A stretch of 64,000 bases of DNA from Candidatus Hydrogenedentota bacterium. Its GTDB lineage: Bacteria; Hydrogenedentota; Hydrogenedentia; Hydrogenedentales; SLHB01. The stretch covers positions 128,001-192,000 of the forward strand of contig CAVUWV010000018.1 in assembly GCA_963745075.1 (NCBI GenBank), read 5' to 3'. Under the pieces are notes generated by a model, which saw only the letters and a list, made by a program, of their open reading frames with translations, was not told the origin of the DNA and did no database searches. Below are positions 1-10,350 of this stretch, in pieces; position 1 is the first letter of the stretch, and the number at the start of each line of letters is the position of its first letter. Both the position numbers and the translations under genes were made by a program.

Positions 1-485
1 CGCGTGAGAAGGTACAGCCCGAGTGCCAATGCCATTCCGATCGCGATCGCCAGAATCGCCAGAAGACCGCGGTTGGGCAGCCGCAGCGTGATCAACCCGA
101 GCAGTCCCAAGCCGACCGTCACCGCCATTTCGAGGATGCGATCCACGACGATCCAGGCGCCCATGCGCGCGTGACGATGTTTACGAATCAGCAGCGGCGA
201 CAATTCGCCGATGCGGCCCGGTGACCATTCTCCCGCAGCCTTGGAAAGGAAGAAGACGCCGATGGCGTTATTGCCCTTCCCGAGCACCAACCGCCACTTG
301 ATGACGCGTACCCACAGGCCGGCGGCCGTCACGAGCGTTGTCGTGAGAAACCAGGGGATGTTGACGCCGGCGACCGCATCGCGAAGCCGCCCCCACCCAA
401 TGAACGATACACAGACGAAGTAGACCGCAATGCCGACGGCCCAGAAAACTACGGTCCACCACCGGGACCGGCGGAATGGCGCCAT
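1..485 (-). CDS. Lysylphosphatidylglycerol synthase TM / UPF0104 (flippase-like) membrane protein, 3' end outside the window
   Basis: Manual translation from ATG at 485: MAPFRRSRWWTVVFWAVGIAVYF...LWVRVIKWRLVL...SPGRIGELS...IVVDRILE. It has the RxxxW, PGRxGE and DR motifs and is hydrophobic throughout. Confidence 0.75.
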   Translation of the reverse strand, partial: MAPFRRSRWWTVVFWAVGIAVYFVCVSFIGWGRLRDAVAGVNIPWFLTTTLVTAAGLWVRVIKWRLVLGKGNNAIGVFFLSKAAGEWSPGRIGELSPLLIRKHRHARMGAWIVVDRILEMAVTVGLGLLGLITLRLPNRGLLAILAIAIGMALALGLYLLT

Positions 486-504
486 GGGTTCTACGGGTTC
501 AATG

Positions 505-1539
505 CTAATGCGTGTGCTCTCCGGGATGCGCCGGATCGGCGAATTCCTTGTAATGCTCTTTCAACACGTCCCGGCCGAAGTCCCCGTCGAAATCGCGCCA
601 GACCGTATGGATGTGGTTCGCGTCGTTCTGCGTGTTGTCGTATTCGATGATGAATGTCGGGCCCTGAATACGATAGTAGTGTTTCTGGCCTTTTTCCAGG
701 CCGCCCATCCAACCGAACTTGATCTCTGCGAGGCCCGCCGCGCGGAGCTTCTCGAGCCGTTCGTGGGCGATCTCCGGCCGCTGGCAACTTGCGTAGACTT
801 GAATCAGCGATAGCATCAGGCCCTGTTGGTCCTCGTTCAGCTGACCGTAGGCCACCCCTACGTCCTTTTGGATTGCCGCTTCACGTTGTGCCCCGGTGAG
901 AATCTCGGGCGGGGCCGCCGGGTGAAGTACGCAGATCGCACGCTGCTCGTCGTTCAGCGATTTCACGAGCTGGCGTCCCAGATCCTCTTCCGCCCCCAAG
1001 ACGCGGGTGCCGGCCATGGGACCGGTCTTTACGTCAGCGGGGTTCGCACCTAGAAACTGCGGTACCGTCGCCACGAGCACGCCGTCCACGACGGTCCAAT
1101 GCAGCGAGACGTGGTGCCCTTCAAAGCGAAGACCCCAGGTTCCATCCAATGAGGGTTCACCGAAGAAGGTGAAGTAATACTTCTCGGGGTCGCGAAAATT
1201 GCTGCCTTCCATCGCGCGAAGCACGTCTTCCAAGCTGCGGATCGTCTCGACTTTTTCAAAGCCTTTGGCGCTTAATGCGGTTTTCAGCACGGCGAGCGCC
1301 AACTCCTTTTGTTCGTCCGTCATCCGATTCAACGGGAGTCCGGCGCGGTCCTTGGGGACGTAGTGCCAGTTCAGACGCTCCTCGTCGTTGAAAGGGAACA
1401 TGGCCAGCGCACGCTGATCCACATCGAGGGAATTCAGTAACGCGGTCGAGGATTGAACCAGTTCGTCCACGGCCGCCGCGTGCGCGTTCCCAACCAAACA
1501 AAGCAAACAGACCAAACCACCGATCGTTTTCCATGTCAT
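505..1539 (-). CDS. DUF3500 family secreted protein
   Basis: Signal peptide; motifs WHYVP, RFEGHHVSL, PQFLGANP and YYRIQGPTFIIEYDNTQNDANHIHTVWRD. Confidence 0.85.
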   Translation of the reverse strand: MTWKTIGGLVCLLCLVGNAHAAAVDELVQSSTALLNSLDVDQRALAMFPFNDEERLNWHYVPKDRAGLPLNRMTDEQKELALAVLKTALSAKGFEKVETIRSLEDVLRAMEGSNFRDPEKYYFTFFGEPSLDGTWGLRFEGHHVSLHWTVVDGVLVATVPQFLGANPADVKTGPMAGTRVLGAEEDLGRQLVKSLNDEQRAICVLHPAAPPEILTGAQREAAIQKDVGVAYGQLNEDQQGLMLSLIQVYASCQRPEIAHERLEKLRAAGLAEIKFGWMGGLEKGQKHYYRIQGPTFIIEYDNTQNDANHIHTVWRDFDGDFGRDVLKEHYKEFADPAHPGEHTH

Positions 1540-1879
1540 CGATTACGCTCCCACCCGTTGTCCCGTATGCTTGCAGTGCGCGCCGCGCGCGAAGAAGGCC
1601 GTATCCTACCGTTTTGCGCCCGCGCAATGCCAGGGGATCGCAGCCGACGGCGGGGCAATCGCAGTTGGTGCATGCTAAATCCGTTGACGCTCCGAACGCC
1701 GCCGGGCTGGTGCCTGGCGCTCCCAGTGGTCCCACATGACCGTGCTCGTGTGAGGTCAGGTAGTGGGATTGCCCTTCATCCGACGGGTGAATCATGTGCG
1801 CCGGGGATGCTACCATACCGGTCCCGAACAATCGGCCCTAAATTCAATACGAAAGCGTTCCACGGAGTGAATACTGTCT

Positions 1880-2575
1880 ATGCTCTCGATTCTGTTCAGC
1901 GTTCTGCTTGTGACTGCGTCCCCTGCTGCGGATGCTCCGCAAGGCACGTCAAACCCGTCACCGGCGGAGACGAACGAAAAGGAGTGCCCAGCCGTGACGG
2001 ACGGGATCGAGTGTAAAGCGCGACCGTTGACTGACGCCGAGGCGGCGGTGCTCGACGCCCACTACTGGGATGAGTGGGTGGGCGACAGTCTCGCAGTCTG
2101 GGTTTCCGTCGACGAGCAGATGCTCCGGATTATCGAAAACCGGGAAGTTTTGTGGGAAGCTCCTTGCGCCACGGCGGAAAAGGGCACGGGCTTTATCATG
2201 AACAGCATGCAGACGCCGTTGGGTTGGCACAGCGTCAAGCGCAAGATCGGCGACGAGGCACCATGGGGACAGGTCTTTCGCGGCGCCCAAGCGGTCAAAC
2301 AAATTTGGAAACCCGGTGACGAGACGGACGAGGATCTCGTGCTGACGCGGCTGCTCTGGCTAACGGGGGAAGAACCCGGCGTCAACCAGGGCGGGAATGT
2401 GGATTCATACAACCGTTACATCTACATCCACGGAACCAACGACGAAGCCAAGATCGGCACGCCGTCGTCGCACGGGTGTATCCGCCTGCGCAACGACGAC
2501 GTGATCGAGGCGTACAAGCTCATTCCCACGAATGCGCGCGTGCTCATCACGGAAACGCAGGGTAAAGACAAATAG
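1880..2575 (+). CDS. L,D-transpeptidase (YkuD family)
   Basis: Signal peptide; TPLG motif and the catalytic IYIHGT...SHGCIRL motif. Confidence 0.9.
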   Translation: MLSILFSVLLVTASPAADAPQGTSNPSPAETNEKECPAVTDGIECKARPLTDAEAAVLDAHYWDEWVGDSLAVWVSVDEQMLRIIENREVLWEAPCATAEKGTGFIMNSMQTPLGWHSVKRKIGDEAPWGQVFRGAQAVKQIWKPGDETDEDLVLTRLLWLTGEEPGVNQGGNVDSYNRYIYIHGTNDEAKIGTPSSHGCIRLRNDDVIEAYKLIPTNARVLITETQGKDK

Positions 2576-2600
2576 CGTCCCGGCGTAACATGCCGTTTGC

Positions 2601-2630
2601 TCGTAATCGTAATCGTAATTGTAATCGATG
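2601..2630. repeat. Short tandem hexamer repeat (TCGTAA)n between convergent genes
   Basis: tcgtaa tcgtaa tcgtaa ttgtaa tcgatg. A degenerate complementary tract gattacggagactacgat lies at 2705-2722. Confidence 0.7.
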
Positions 2631-2715
2631 AGATTGTGCCCCCCCGTCGAATTCGTACATCGGTTTTTGCTTTTCCATACTGGTACCGAATACGTACCAA
2701 AGTGGATTACGGAGA

Positions 2716-3609
2716 CTACGATCCCGAGTACTCTTCTTTCGACTGGCAGTCGAAGAGCCGGTTGTCTTTGGGGCCGAACCACCCGACGCCCCAACGCTGG
2801 TTCTGGCCGCCGAAGATATTGGGCGTGTCTGGCGCCCAACCGTATTGTTCGCACGTGACATGCCCGTCACACCAGACCACATTGGCCGTCATGTTATGAC
2901 GGAAATGGATGCTCGGGGACGAGTAGCCCCAGAGTTCGTTTCCGGTGGGCTCGTCGGACGTCACGAAGTACGGGGGTTCCAGAAATCCGTATTCGACGAG
3001 ATACCCGTTCTCCGGCATGGCCGCGTCCGCGAACATGATCGTGTTGGAGGGATTGAACACGCGGGAATCCTGGGTAGTTTGCGTCGGCGCGGTAAGGTAA
3101 TCATTCCGGTAGTAGGAACCACCCACGTACGATGCGTTGTAGCCGTATCCGCCCGTGCCGGACTCGAACGCGTTGGGCACTTCGCCCCGGCGGCGATACT
3201 CGAAGAATACGGGGCATTCCTTCACGCGCCCATCGGCCAGGTATTCGGCAAGCGGTCCTTTCTTCGGATCGAAGTCCGAGTCGGGGCTGGCCGTTTCCCG
3301 CACCCCGTGCCAGCGGACCCGGCCGCCGAACCCGTCGTTGATATCGGGGGCCGCAGGACAGTACCGGCCATCGTTTTCGTTCGCATACATGGTGTTTGCG
3401 AGGTACAACTGCCGCAGGTTGTTGACGCACTGCATCGAAAGCGCTTTTTGCCGTGCCCGGCTCAACACCGGCAGCAAGAGGGATGCAAGGACACTGATGA
3501 TCGCGATGACGACCAGCAGTTCTATCAAAGTGAATCCCGAGAATGGCGTGAATTGGCGGTACGCATGCGCGCCGCAGGTGCTGTGACGCGACGGTCTTTT
3601 GCTTAACAT
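2716..3609 (-). CDS. DUF1559-type prepilin N-terminal cleavage/methylation protein with C-terminal H-X9-DG motif
   Basis: [29 protein letters not shown]...CVNNLRQL; C-terminal [23 protein letters not shown] upstream of ATG 3609 (ORF track starts at 3627). Confidence 0.9.
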   Translation of the reverse strand: MLSKRPSRHSTCGAHAYRQFTPFSGFTLIELLVVIAIISVLASLLLPVLSRARQKALSMQCVNNLRQLYLANTMYANENDGRYCPAAPDINDGFGGRVRWHGVRETASPDSDFDPKKGPLAEYLADGRVKECPVFFEYRRRGEVPNAFESGTGGYGYNASYVGGSYYRNDYLTAPTQTTQDSRVFNPSNTIMFADAAMPENGYLVEYGFLEPPYFVTSDEPTGNELWGYSSPSIHFRHNMTANVVWCDGHVTCEQYGWAPDTPNIFGGQNQRWGVGWFGPKDNRLFDCQSKEEYSGS

Positions 3610-3767
3610 TCGGTTTTTCCTCCCCACTTCCGCAAAGTGCGTGTTCGCACGCGGTCGTATCGGTCATTGAAGCTCGATGTTCTCGCGGAAAAGTGGGCAG
3701 GAAATGGGTCGAAAACCGCGTCTCCTACTGCAACTTTTCCTCGAAGTTGCCGCAAGAACGGGCACCC

Positions 3768-3925
3768 ATGGCAGGTATTCTGGCTCCCGGATCTCCCTAC
3801 TCGCCGCGCCTTCCCATCCCAATGGACAGTGGCATTCTGCGGTTTTCGTCCCCGGTTACAGCAGCGGGACTGCGACGGACTCACACCGTGCTTCCCTGGC
3901 GCAATGGATGCAAAAACAGTGTGTG
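3768..3925 (-). promoter_or_regulatory. Cobalamin (B12) riboswitch, gene-proximal copy
   Basis: Minus strand reads AGGGAAGCACGGTGTGAGTCCGTCGCAGTCCCGCTGCTGTAA...GCCACTG...GGGAAGGC...AGCCAGAATACCTGCC (B12 box). The 5' boundary is approximate. Confidence 0.9.
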
Positions 3926-4124
3926 CCGGGCTACCTCCTTTCAGGCGCGTGGCCGCGTTGGTTGATGGATTCCATGGACGGAATCCAAACAAATTCCATG
4001 CTGTGCGAAGGTTTTGGAAACGGGAATTGCAGTCAGGGGTGGGAAGAACTTACGATCCAAGGTGTATGGATCATCTTCATGCCGCGACCGTTCCGCGAAG
4101 TCATCGCACATTTTCATCACGCGT

Positions 4125-4281
4125 GGGCAGGTCTTCTGGCTTCCGAGTCATCCTACCGGCCACGCCTTCCCATCCCCCCGAATGGTGGCACGTTGCGGCT
4201 TTCGTCATCGGTTACAGCAGCGCGTCTGCGACGGATTCTCACCGTGCTTCCCTTGACCCATGCGCTCAGGTTCAACTGATA
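4125..4281 (-). promoter_or_regulatory. Cobalamin (B12) riboswitch, promoter-proximal copy
   Basis: Minus strand reads AGGGAAGCACGGTGAGAATCCGTCGCAGACGCGCTGCTGTAA...GCCACCA...GGGAAGGC...AGCCAGAAGACCTGCC. Confidence 0.9.
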
Positions 4282-4287
4282 AACGGC

Positions 4288-4316
4288 AGTATACGCCACA
4301 TGGCCGGGGGTGTCAA
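4288..4316 (-). promoter_or_regulatory. Sigma70 promoter for the riboswitch leader
   Basis: TTGACA-17 nt-TATACT on the minus strand. The predicted start near 4281 coincides with the 5' end of the first aptamer. Confidence 0.8.
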
Positions 4317-4513
4317 TGCAAGCTCAAGACATAAGTTTCCCGCCAATCGCAACACGCCCACGCCAACCGTTGCTTTCCCGCGGTGCGCGTCCTGTGGTAA
4401 TTTCCTTTTGACGCCTTTGGCACCAACGGAGTTCTCATCATGCAGTGCGGCATCTTCGCTCGGGGGCATCTTCCGTATCGCGACCCGCCGCGTACCCTTG
4501 GGGAGCTTTATCG

Positions 4514-5915
4514 ATGAACACCCAAACCGTCGCCGAATTGCTCCTGGGGCATGTATCCACGCTAATCGGGCTGGGACTGGGCCTTCTCTTGGTCGCGCGC
4601 ATCATGCGGCAGCAAAGCCGGCCCGCGGTGTCGATCGCATGGCTGCTGTCGATTTTTCTGATTCCGTATATCGGCGTTCCCGCGTACCTGCTCTTTGGCG
4701 GTCGGAAGCTGCACCGCACAGCCGGGAGGAAACCGTACCTCTACGACGGCCGCCCCGAACGCACGGAATCGGACCCCGGGAACCACATCGAGAAGGTCCT
4801 TTCGACAGCCGGAATGCCGCCGGCACGCCGTGAAAATCTGGTAGAGGTGATTGCCGATGGGACGGAAGCATACCGCCGGTTGCTGAAGATCGATCGACGA
4901 GGCTAAGCACAGCATCGACATCATGACGTTTATCCTCGGCCGCGACGACGTGGGCAAAGCGATAATGGAGCGCCTGACGGCGCGGGCGGCGGAGGGTGTC
5001 GAGGTTCGATTATTGCTCGACGCTTTGGGATGCCTGTGGAGCCGGGGACGCTTTGCCGATCCACTGCGCGACGCGGGAGGGAAGGTGGGTGTGTTCATGC
5101 CCGTCCTTCCATTGCGCAGAAAGTGGTCCGCCAATCTACGCAACCATCGTAAGATCGCCATATTCGACGGTGAAACGGCGGTCATCGGCGGTATGAATCT
5201 TGCTTCGGAATACATGGGCCCTGAACCGGATTCCGACCGCTTCATCGACACGTCGACCGTGGTGCGAGGTCCTGCGGTGCACGATCTCGCCGTTGTGTTC
5301 GCAAGCGACTGGGAGTTTGCTACCGAAGAACGGAACGTCCGTCATCCCCCGGCGCCTACGAACGTCGATTATGGCGACGCGGTTGCGCAGGTGGTGGCGA
5401 GCGGGCCGGACGTGAACGGTGATCCGTTGTACGAGGCCATTCTGTGCGCGACGTACGAAGCGAACCAGCGGATTTGGATCACAACCCCCTATTTTATTCC
5501 GGATGAGGGACTGCTGAAGGCCATACTGCTGCAAGCCCGGCTGGGGCGGGACGTGCGGGTGGTGCTTCCTGCGAAATCGAATCACTATCTCGCGGATCTC
5601 GCGCGGGGGCGGTTCCTTCGCGAGCTGGAAACCACCGGGGCGAAGATCTACCTTCGCGAAAGCAAGATGATCCATGCCAAGCACATCCTCTTCGACGATC
5701 ACCTTACGGTGGTTGGCACGGTAAATTTCGACGTGCGCAGTCTGTATCTCAATTATGAGGTGGCCATGTTCGTCTATTCTCCGTCCGAAATCACCCGGAC
5801 GGCGGATTGGATGCAAACGTTGATGCGGGACTCCGTGCCTTATACTCCGGAGAAGGTCGGATACTTCCGGCAATGGGCGGAAGATTTGGGGCTGTTGGTG
5901 TCGCCGTTGCTGTAG
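4514..5915 (+). CDS. cls: Cardiolipin synthase (PLD family), frameshift at about 4890
   Basis: N-terminal PLDc_N membrane segment (AWLLSIFLIPYIGVPAYLLFG); two HKD motifs (RNHRKIAIFD, IHAKHILFD). Removing one base in aagatcgatcgac joins ORFs 4445..4906 and 4923..5915. Confidence 0.85.
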
Positions 5916-5997
5916 CGTGGAGGCTTGACTTTGAAATCAAGGGAGACGGAGATCAGCCGTGAACTTTTCGCGGATGAGATCGTATAAAGGAGAGACC

Positions 5998-7710
5998 ATG
6001 GTTACGCAAATCTTCAAGCGCATCTTGCTGAGCGGACTTGTGTTGCTCGGCAGCGCGGCATTCGCAGCCACGATCGAGTTGGACGCGATCTCTCCGGCGG
6101 CGCGCGTGCGGCCGGAGGGGATCGTGGACGGTGACGCTGCCGCGTCGATTGCCGCCGCGCGGGGCGAGTATGAGTCCTTTCAAGTTGTGGTGACGGCACG
6201 GGATGGGAACCTTCAGAAACTGAACGCAGACGTGTCTCCCATGCAGAACGCCGAGGGCGAGGAATCCCCGGGAATCACCGTCACGGTGTATCGGGAAGCG
6301 TTCATTCCCGTCCGCCACTCGGCGCCCCGTGCCACGGAAGCGCCGGGACTGATTCCCGATGCGCTGGTCCCCTTTGTCAATCCATATACGGGCGAGACCA
6401 TTCCCGAACCGAAGTGGAGCGGCTCGGACCAGGTCGGGCCCCGGTTTGGGGCTTCCCAGTTTGAGGTCTGGCAGGATCAACATCAGCCCCTGTGGGTGGA
6501 TGTATGGGTCCCCCGCGACGCGGAGCCCGGCCTGTATTCCGCGACATTGACGGTCAAGTCCGGCGACATCGCAGCCGAAATGCCCATCACGCTCGAGGTG
6601 TGGGACTTCGCGCTGCCCGAAGGACCGACCCATGAAAACCATTTCGGCGGATTCGGAGGCGTGGCCGGCTACCTCGGACTCGATCCGAAGTCGGACGAGT
6701 TTCTCCAAATCGAGGCGCGTTACGACGAGATGATGGCGAACCATCGCTTGAATCCGCCAGTGCCGTCAAACGTGCACCCGGATGTCAGCGACGACGGGAC
6801 GGCGGACTTCTCGCCCGACGTGGATGAAGCCCTCACGGCGTTCGTGCAGCGGTATCACGTGACCAACATCGACATCCCGCGCGCGCCTTTCGGCGACATT
6901 ACCGGCGCAAACCGCGAAAAGGCGATCAACTTCTACCGTTCCTGGTACGCCTATCTCGCGTCCAAGGGATGGGCCGACCGTTCCTATCTCTACATGCTGG
7001 ACGAACCCAACGACGCGGAGGCATACGAACGGGTGCGGGCCTTGGGCGCAGTCGTGAAGGAAGCGGAACCGCGCCTGCGCAAGCTCGTAGTTGAGCAACC
7101 GTACACGCAAGACCCCGCGTGGGGCACGCTGGACGACGCCATCGACATCTGGTGTCCCCTCTTCGGGTTCATCGACGAAGCGAGCGTGGACCGCGTGATC
7201 GCCCAAGGCGACGACGTGTGGAGTTACACGGCCCTGGTGCAGACCGCGCCACCCTATCATCCCATGTACGAACGCGTGAAGGACGACTTGCCGCCGTTCT
7301 GGGAACTGGACTTCCCCGTGCTGAGCTATCGCATCGCCCCGTGGCTGAACCGCCGGTACCACATCACCGGCCTGCTCTATTGGTCCAGCGTGTACTGGGG
7401 TAGCCCGGATCGCGACCCCTGGGACGACCCCGGCTTCCGCATCCGCTGGAACGGCGAAGGCGCCTTGTTCTACCCCGGCACCGACGCCGGAATCGACGGC
7501 CCCATCGCCTCGATCCGCCTCAAAAACCTCCGCGACGGCATGGAAGACTACGAGTACTTCGCGATTCTGGATGAAAAAGGTCTCAGCGAAGAAGTGAACC
7601 TTTGCGTAGGTGAAGCCGTACCAACATGGGGAACTTGGGCTCAGGATCCTGCACGGCTTGAAGAACTGCGGCACAGACTTGCGGCGACGATTGTGAGACA
7701 AACTCGCTGA
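5998..7710 (+). CDS. Secreted DUF4091 / GH123-like glycoside hydrolase
   Basis: AGGAG RBS; signal peptide; AARGEYESFQ, YMLDEP, GLLYWS and NGEGALFYPG...SIRLKNLRDGMEDYEY. Confidence 0.8.
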   Translation: MVTQIFKRILLSGLVLLGSAAFAATIELDAISPAARVRPEGIVDGDAAASIAAARGEYESFQVVVTARDGNLQKLNADVSPMQNAEGEESPGITVTVYREAFIPVRHSAPRATEAPGLIPDALVPFVNPYTGETIPEPKWSGSDQVGPRFGASQFEVWQDQHQPLWVDVWVPRDAEPGLYSATLTVKSGDIAAEMPITLEVWDFALPEGPTHENHFGGFGGVAGYLGLDPKSDEFLQIEARYDEMMANHRLNPPVPSNVHPDVSDDGTADFSPDVDEALTAFVQRYHVTNIDIPRAPFGDITGANREKAINFYRSWYAYLASKGWADRSYLYMLDEPNDAEAYERVRALGAVVKEAEPRLRKLVVEQPYTQDPAWGTLDDAIDIWCPLFGFIDEASVDRVIAQGDDVWSYTALVQTAPPYHPMYERVKDDLPPFWELDFPVLSYRIAPWLNRRYHITGLLYWSSVYWGSPDRDPWDDPGFRIRWNGEGALFYPGTDAGIDGPIASIRLKNLRDGMEDYEYFAILDEKGLSEEVNLCVGEAVPTWGTWAQDPARLEELRHRLAATIVRQTR

Positions 7711-7754
7711 GCGTGCGTTACCACGCGGTTTGTGCTCGCACGAGGAGGTTGGCT

Positions 7755-8804
7755 ATGGTCACTTTGCGGTACGAACTGAGTATTTCGTGGGGCGCCTTAT
7801 GGGTTCTCGTCGTCCTTCTACCTACGGGATCGACTGCGGCGCAAGACGCGTCCCAATCCCCCGCCATTGTTGACCAACGATTGGCTACTGCGCTCTCGTA
7901 TGAAGTCGTGGGAAAGCCCTATACACAGGAAGAAGACGGGAGCGTTGTGATTCATCGTGATCCCGAAACAATTGTCTATCGAGGCGCCACGGTGGAGCGC
8001 GATGAGAAGGGCTTTACCACCATCACAGCGGAAACGGTTGAGCTGTATATCGATCACAACGATGGCAACGGCGATCAACTTGTTAAGACAATCGATCATC
8101 CTCAAAAACCTACTCGCTTGCCTCCTGCTGGCGTAACTCCTTTCGGGGTCATCTCTGATTTGGTATTTGAAGGTCATCCCGTGTGCTTTGAGTGGTCAGT
8201 GGTCGACCAAGACGATGCGGCAGACGAGCCGCGGCTCACGGGTGTGCTGGGGTCGAAGGACGAGCGGATCGGAGATGTCTTAGGCCACATTGTGTCGCAG
8301 GTGCCGAACGAATTGCGTTGGGTGACAATTTCGGAGATCCCGTGGCTTCTTCCTGCACAAGGCCAAGCGGTCGAGAGTGATTTGGATGAAGAGCTTGCGC
8401 TTGGAATAGACCATGAATCAGCGTGGGATGCGATTAAAGAAGTAACGACCACCGCCAACTCAGCTGGCACCCACATACACGTCAATACGGGCTTCCTGCT
8501 GGGACTGTCCTCTCCGCCGAGGGCGTTTGTTGAGGAACAGACAATAGATATTCCCCCGGGCTCTCGTACGGTGCGAGAACTGTTGAGCATGATCGCTTAC
8601 CAGTCACCGGTAGCGGTCGCTTACCGTTACACGAACAGTTTCAGCACAGGAAAAGATAAGGCGTCCACCGTGCGTCAAGGCGTTCTAATGATTGAGGTCT
8701 TTGAACGAGGCAAGAAGCCAGGGAAGACACGGGACAACAGAATGACTCCTGACGAATGCGGATGGTGGGAGCAAGAACTCGCACAGGCCAGTAATCCGTG
8801 GTGA
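7755..8804 (+). CDS. Hypothetical exported protein
   Basis: GAGGAGG RBS before ATG 7755; signal-peptide-like N-terminus; about 350 aa; no recognised motif. Confidence 0.6.
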   Translation: MVTLRYELSISWGALWVLVVLLPTGSTAAQDASQSPAIVDQRLATALSYEVVGKPYTQEEDGSVVIHRDPETIVYRGATVERDEKGFTTITAETVELYIDHNDGNGDQLVKTIDHPQKPTRLPPAGVTPFGVISDLVFEGHPVCFEWSVVDQDDAADEPRLTGVLGSKDERIGDVLGHIVSQVPNELRWVTISEIPWLLPAQGQAVESDLDEELALGIDHESAWDAIKEVTTTANSAGTHIHVNTGFLLGLSSPPRAFVEEQTIDIPPGSRTVRELLSMIAYQSPVAVAYRYTNSFSTGKDKASTVRQGVLMIEVFERGKKPGKTRDNRMTPDECGWWEQELAQASNPW

Positions 8805-8825
8805 AGGCGCGAAACAGTTAGAGGG

Positions 8826-10350
8826 TCACCCTTTCAATTCAGCGTCCACGGCCTTGTACGGCGATTCCAACGCCGTCGGCAAAAGCGAATACACGCTTCA
8901 AAACGTTCTCGATAGCTTTCGTGCGCCGACGTGTCAGGGGTGTAGGGTTCCGTTTCAAAGTTGACTCGGCCGACGGCGTCCTGGATATCGGAATAGATGC
9001 CCGCGCCGATGCCGGCGAGGATGGCGACGCCCATGAGGGTGACTTCGGGGTTGGTGGTGATCTCGACGGGGAGGCCGGTTACATCGGCTTTGAGTTGGAG
9101 CCAGAGCGGGTTTTTCTGGCCGCCGCCGACGACGCGGAGGCGGTTGGGGGTCTGGCCGACGGCGTCACCGATGGCGGCGATCTGGCGGCGCAACTGGAAG
9201 CACAGGCCTTCCAGGGCGGCGCGGACAATTTGTCCGCGGGTGGTCATGGTTTGGATGCCGAGGATGGTGCCCAACGCGTTGCGGCTGGCGTCGGGACCCA
9301 TCCCTCGCAAGAAACTGGGCAGCACGTAGACACCGTTCGACGGTACTTCGGCTTCGCGGAACATCACCTCATAGACACTGTCTTCGGCAACGTCCCGATA
9401 GAAGTTGTCGCGCACCCATTCGGTCACGCCGCCGGCGATCATGAGGCTTTGGCAGATCCATTGGCCCGGCAGGGCGTGGCATTCGAAATCGAGACCGTTC
9501 GCATGGTGCTCCGGGGTCGGCCGGAACGCATCCACCGTGGCGATGAGGATTTCCCAGGTGCCGGTGATATCGATCCAGATGTCGTCCTGCGCCACGCCGG
9601 CGCCCAGCACGCCGATTTCGCAATCGTGGCCTCCGGTAACCACGGGGGTCCCGGCGCCAAGCCGGTTTCCGACGCTGCAATTGCTGTGACCGCGCCGATC
9701 TGTGTGCCTGCCTCGCTGGTCGGAGGAAGGATCGACGGATCCACTTCCGCCGCCTCGAGCATTTTCGGAGACCACGTGCGCGTCCCCATGTCGAGCAGCA
9801 TGGTCGTTGAAGCAACCGTGCACTCGGTCGTGAATTCGCCTGACAAGCGGAACGCGATGTAGTCCTGCACCTGAAGCCAGCGATGGGTCTTCTTCAGGAT
9901 CTCGGGGTGGTTCTGACGAAACCAGAGCAAGCGGTTGGCGGTGTTGATGTGGTAGTTGTGATACCCCGTGATTTGGAAGATCTCCGCGTCCCCAACGCGA
10001 CGGTTCATCTCCGCCTGTTGGGGAATGGTTCGCCCACAGTGCCAGCTCACGAAGGGATACAGATGCGATCCATCGGCAGCCAGAGGAATACCGTCCGCGC
10101 CAAACCCGGTACACGCAACGGCTTTTACCCGGGACGCGTCCCCAACCGAATCGAGGCATTCGCGGATGCAGGCGCACACTTTGCCCCAGATGTCTTCGGG
10201 GTCCCAGACCATCCAAGCGGGTTCGCCCTGCGGGTCGGGAACGGGGCCATTCCGCCGATCGGCAACAGCAAGGAGTTTGCCTTCCGGGGAAAACAGGCCA
10301 GCCTTGATCCCTGTGGCGCCTACATCGACTCCCAAAAGTACATCGCTCAT
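8826..10350 (-). CDS. FGGY carbohydrate kinase (fuculokinase/xylulokinase-like), frameshifts at about 9651 and 8894
   Basis: GVDVGATGIKA, ASTTMLLD, VVTGGHD, TGTWE, RAALEG, VVGGG and QLKADVTG split over frames. The alternate-frame C-terminus is VYSLLPTALESPYKAVDAELKG*. Confidence 0.85.

Noticed and set aside
3637..4833. 398-aa plus-strand ORF and other ORFs over the riboswitch region
   Set aside because: They are antisense to two cobalamin aptamers, and their internal repeat simply reflects the duplicated RNA element. The composition is not protein-like.
4880..4925. Programmed ribosomal frameshifting in cls or the other split genes
   Set aside because: No slippery heptamers or stimulatory structures are seen, and scattered single indels in unrelated genes are better explained as sequence error.
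5926..5941. FNR-like site TTGACtttgaaATCAA
   Set aside because: The half-site spacing is 6 nt rather than 4, and there is no other support.
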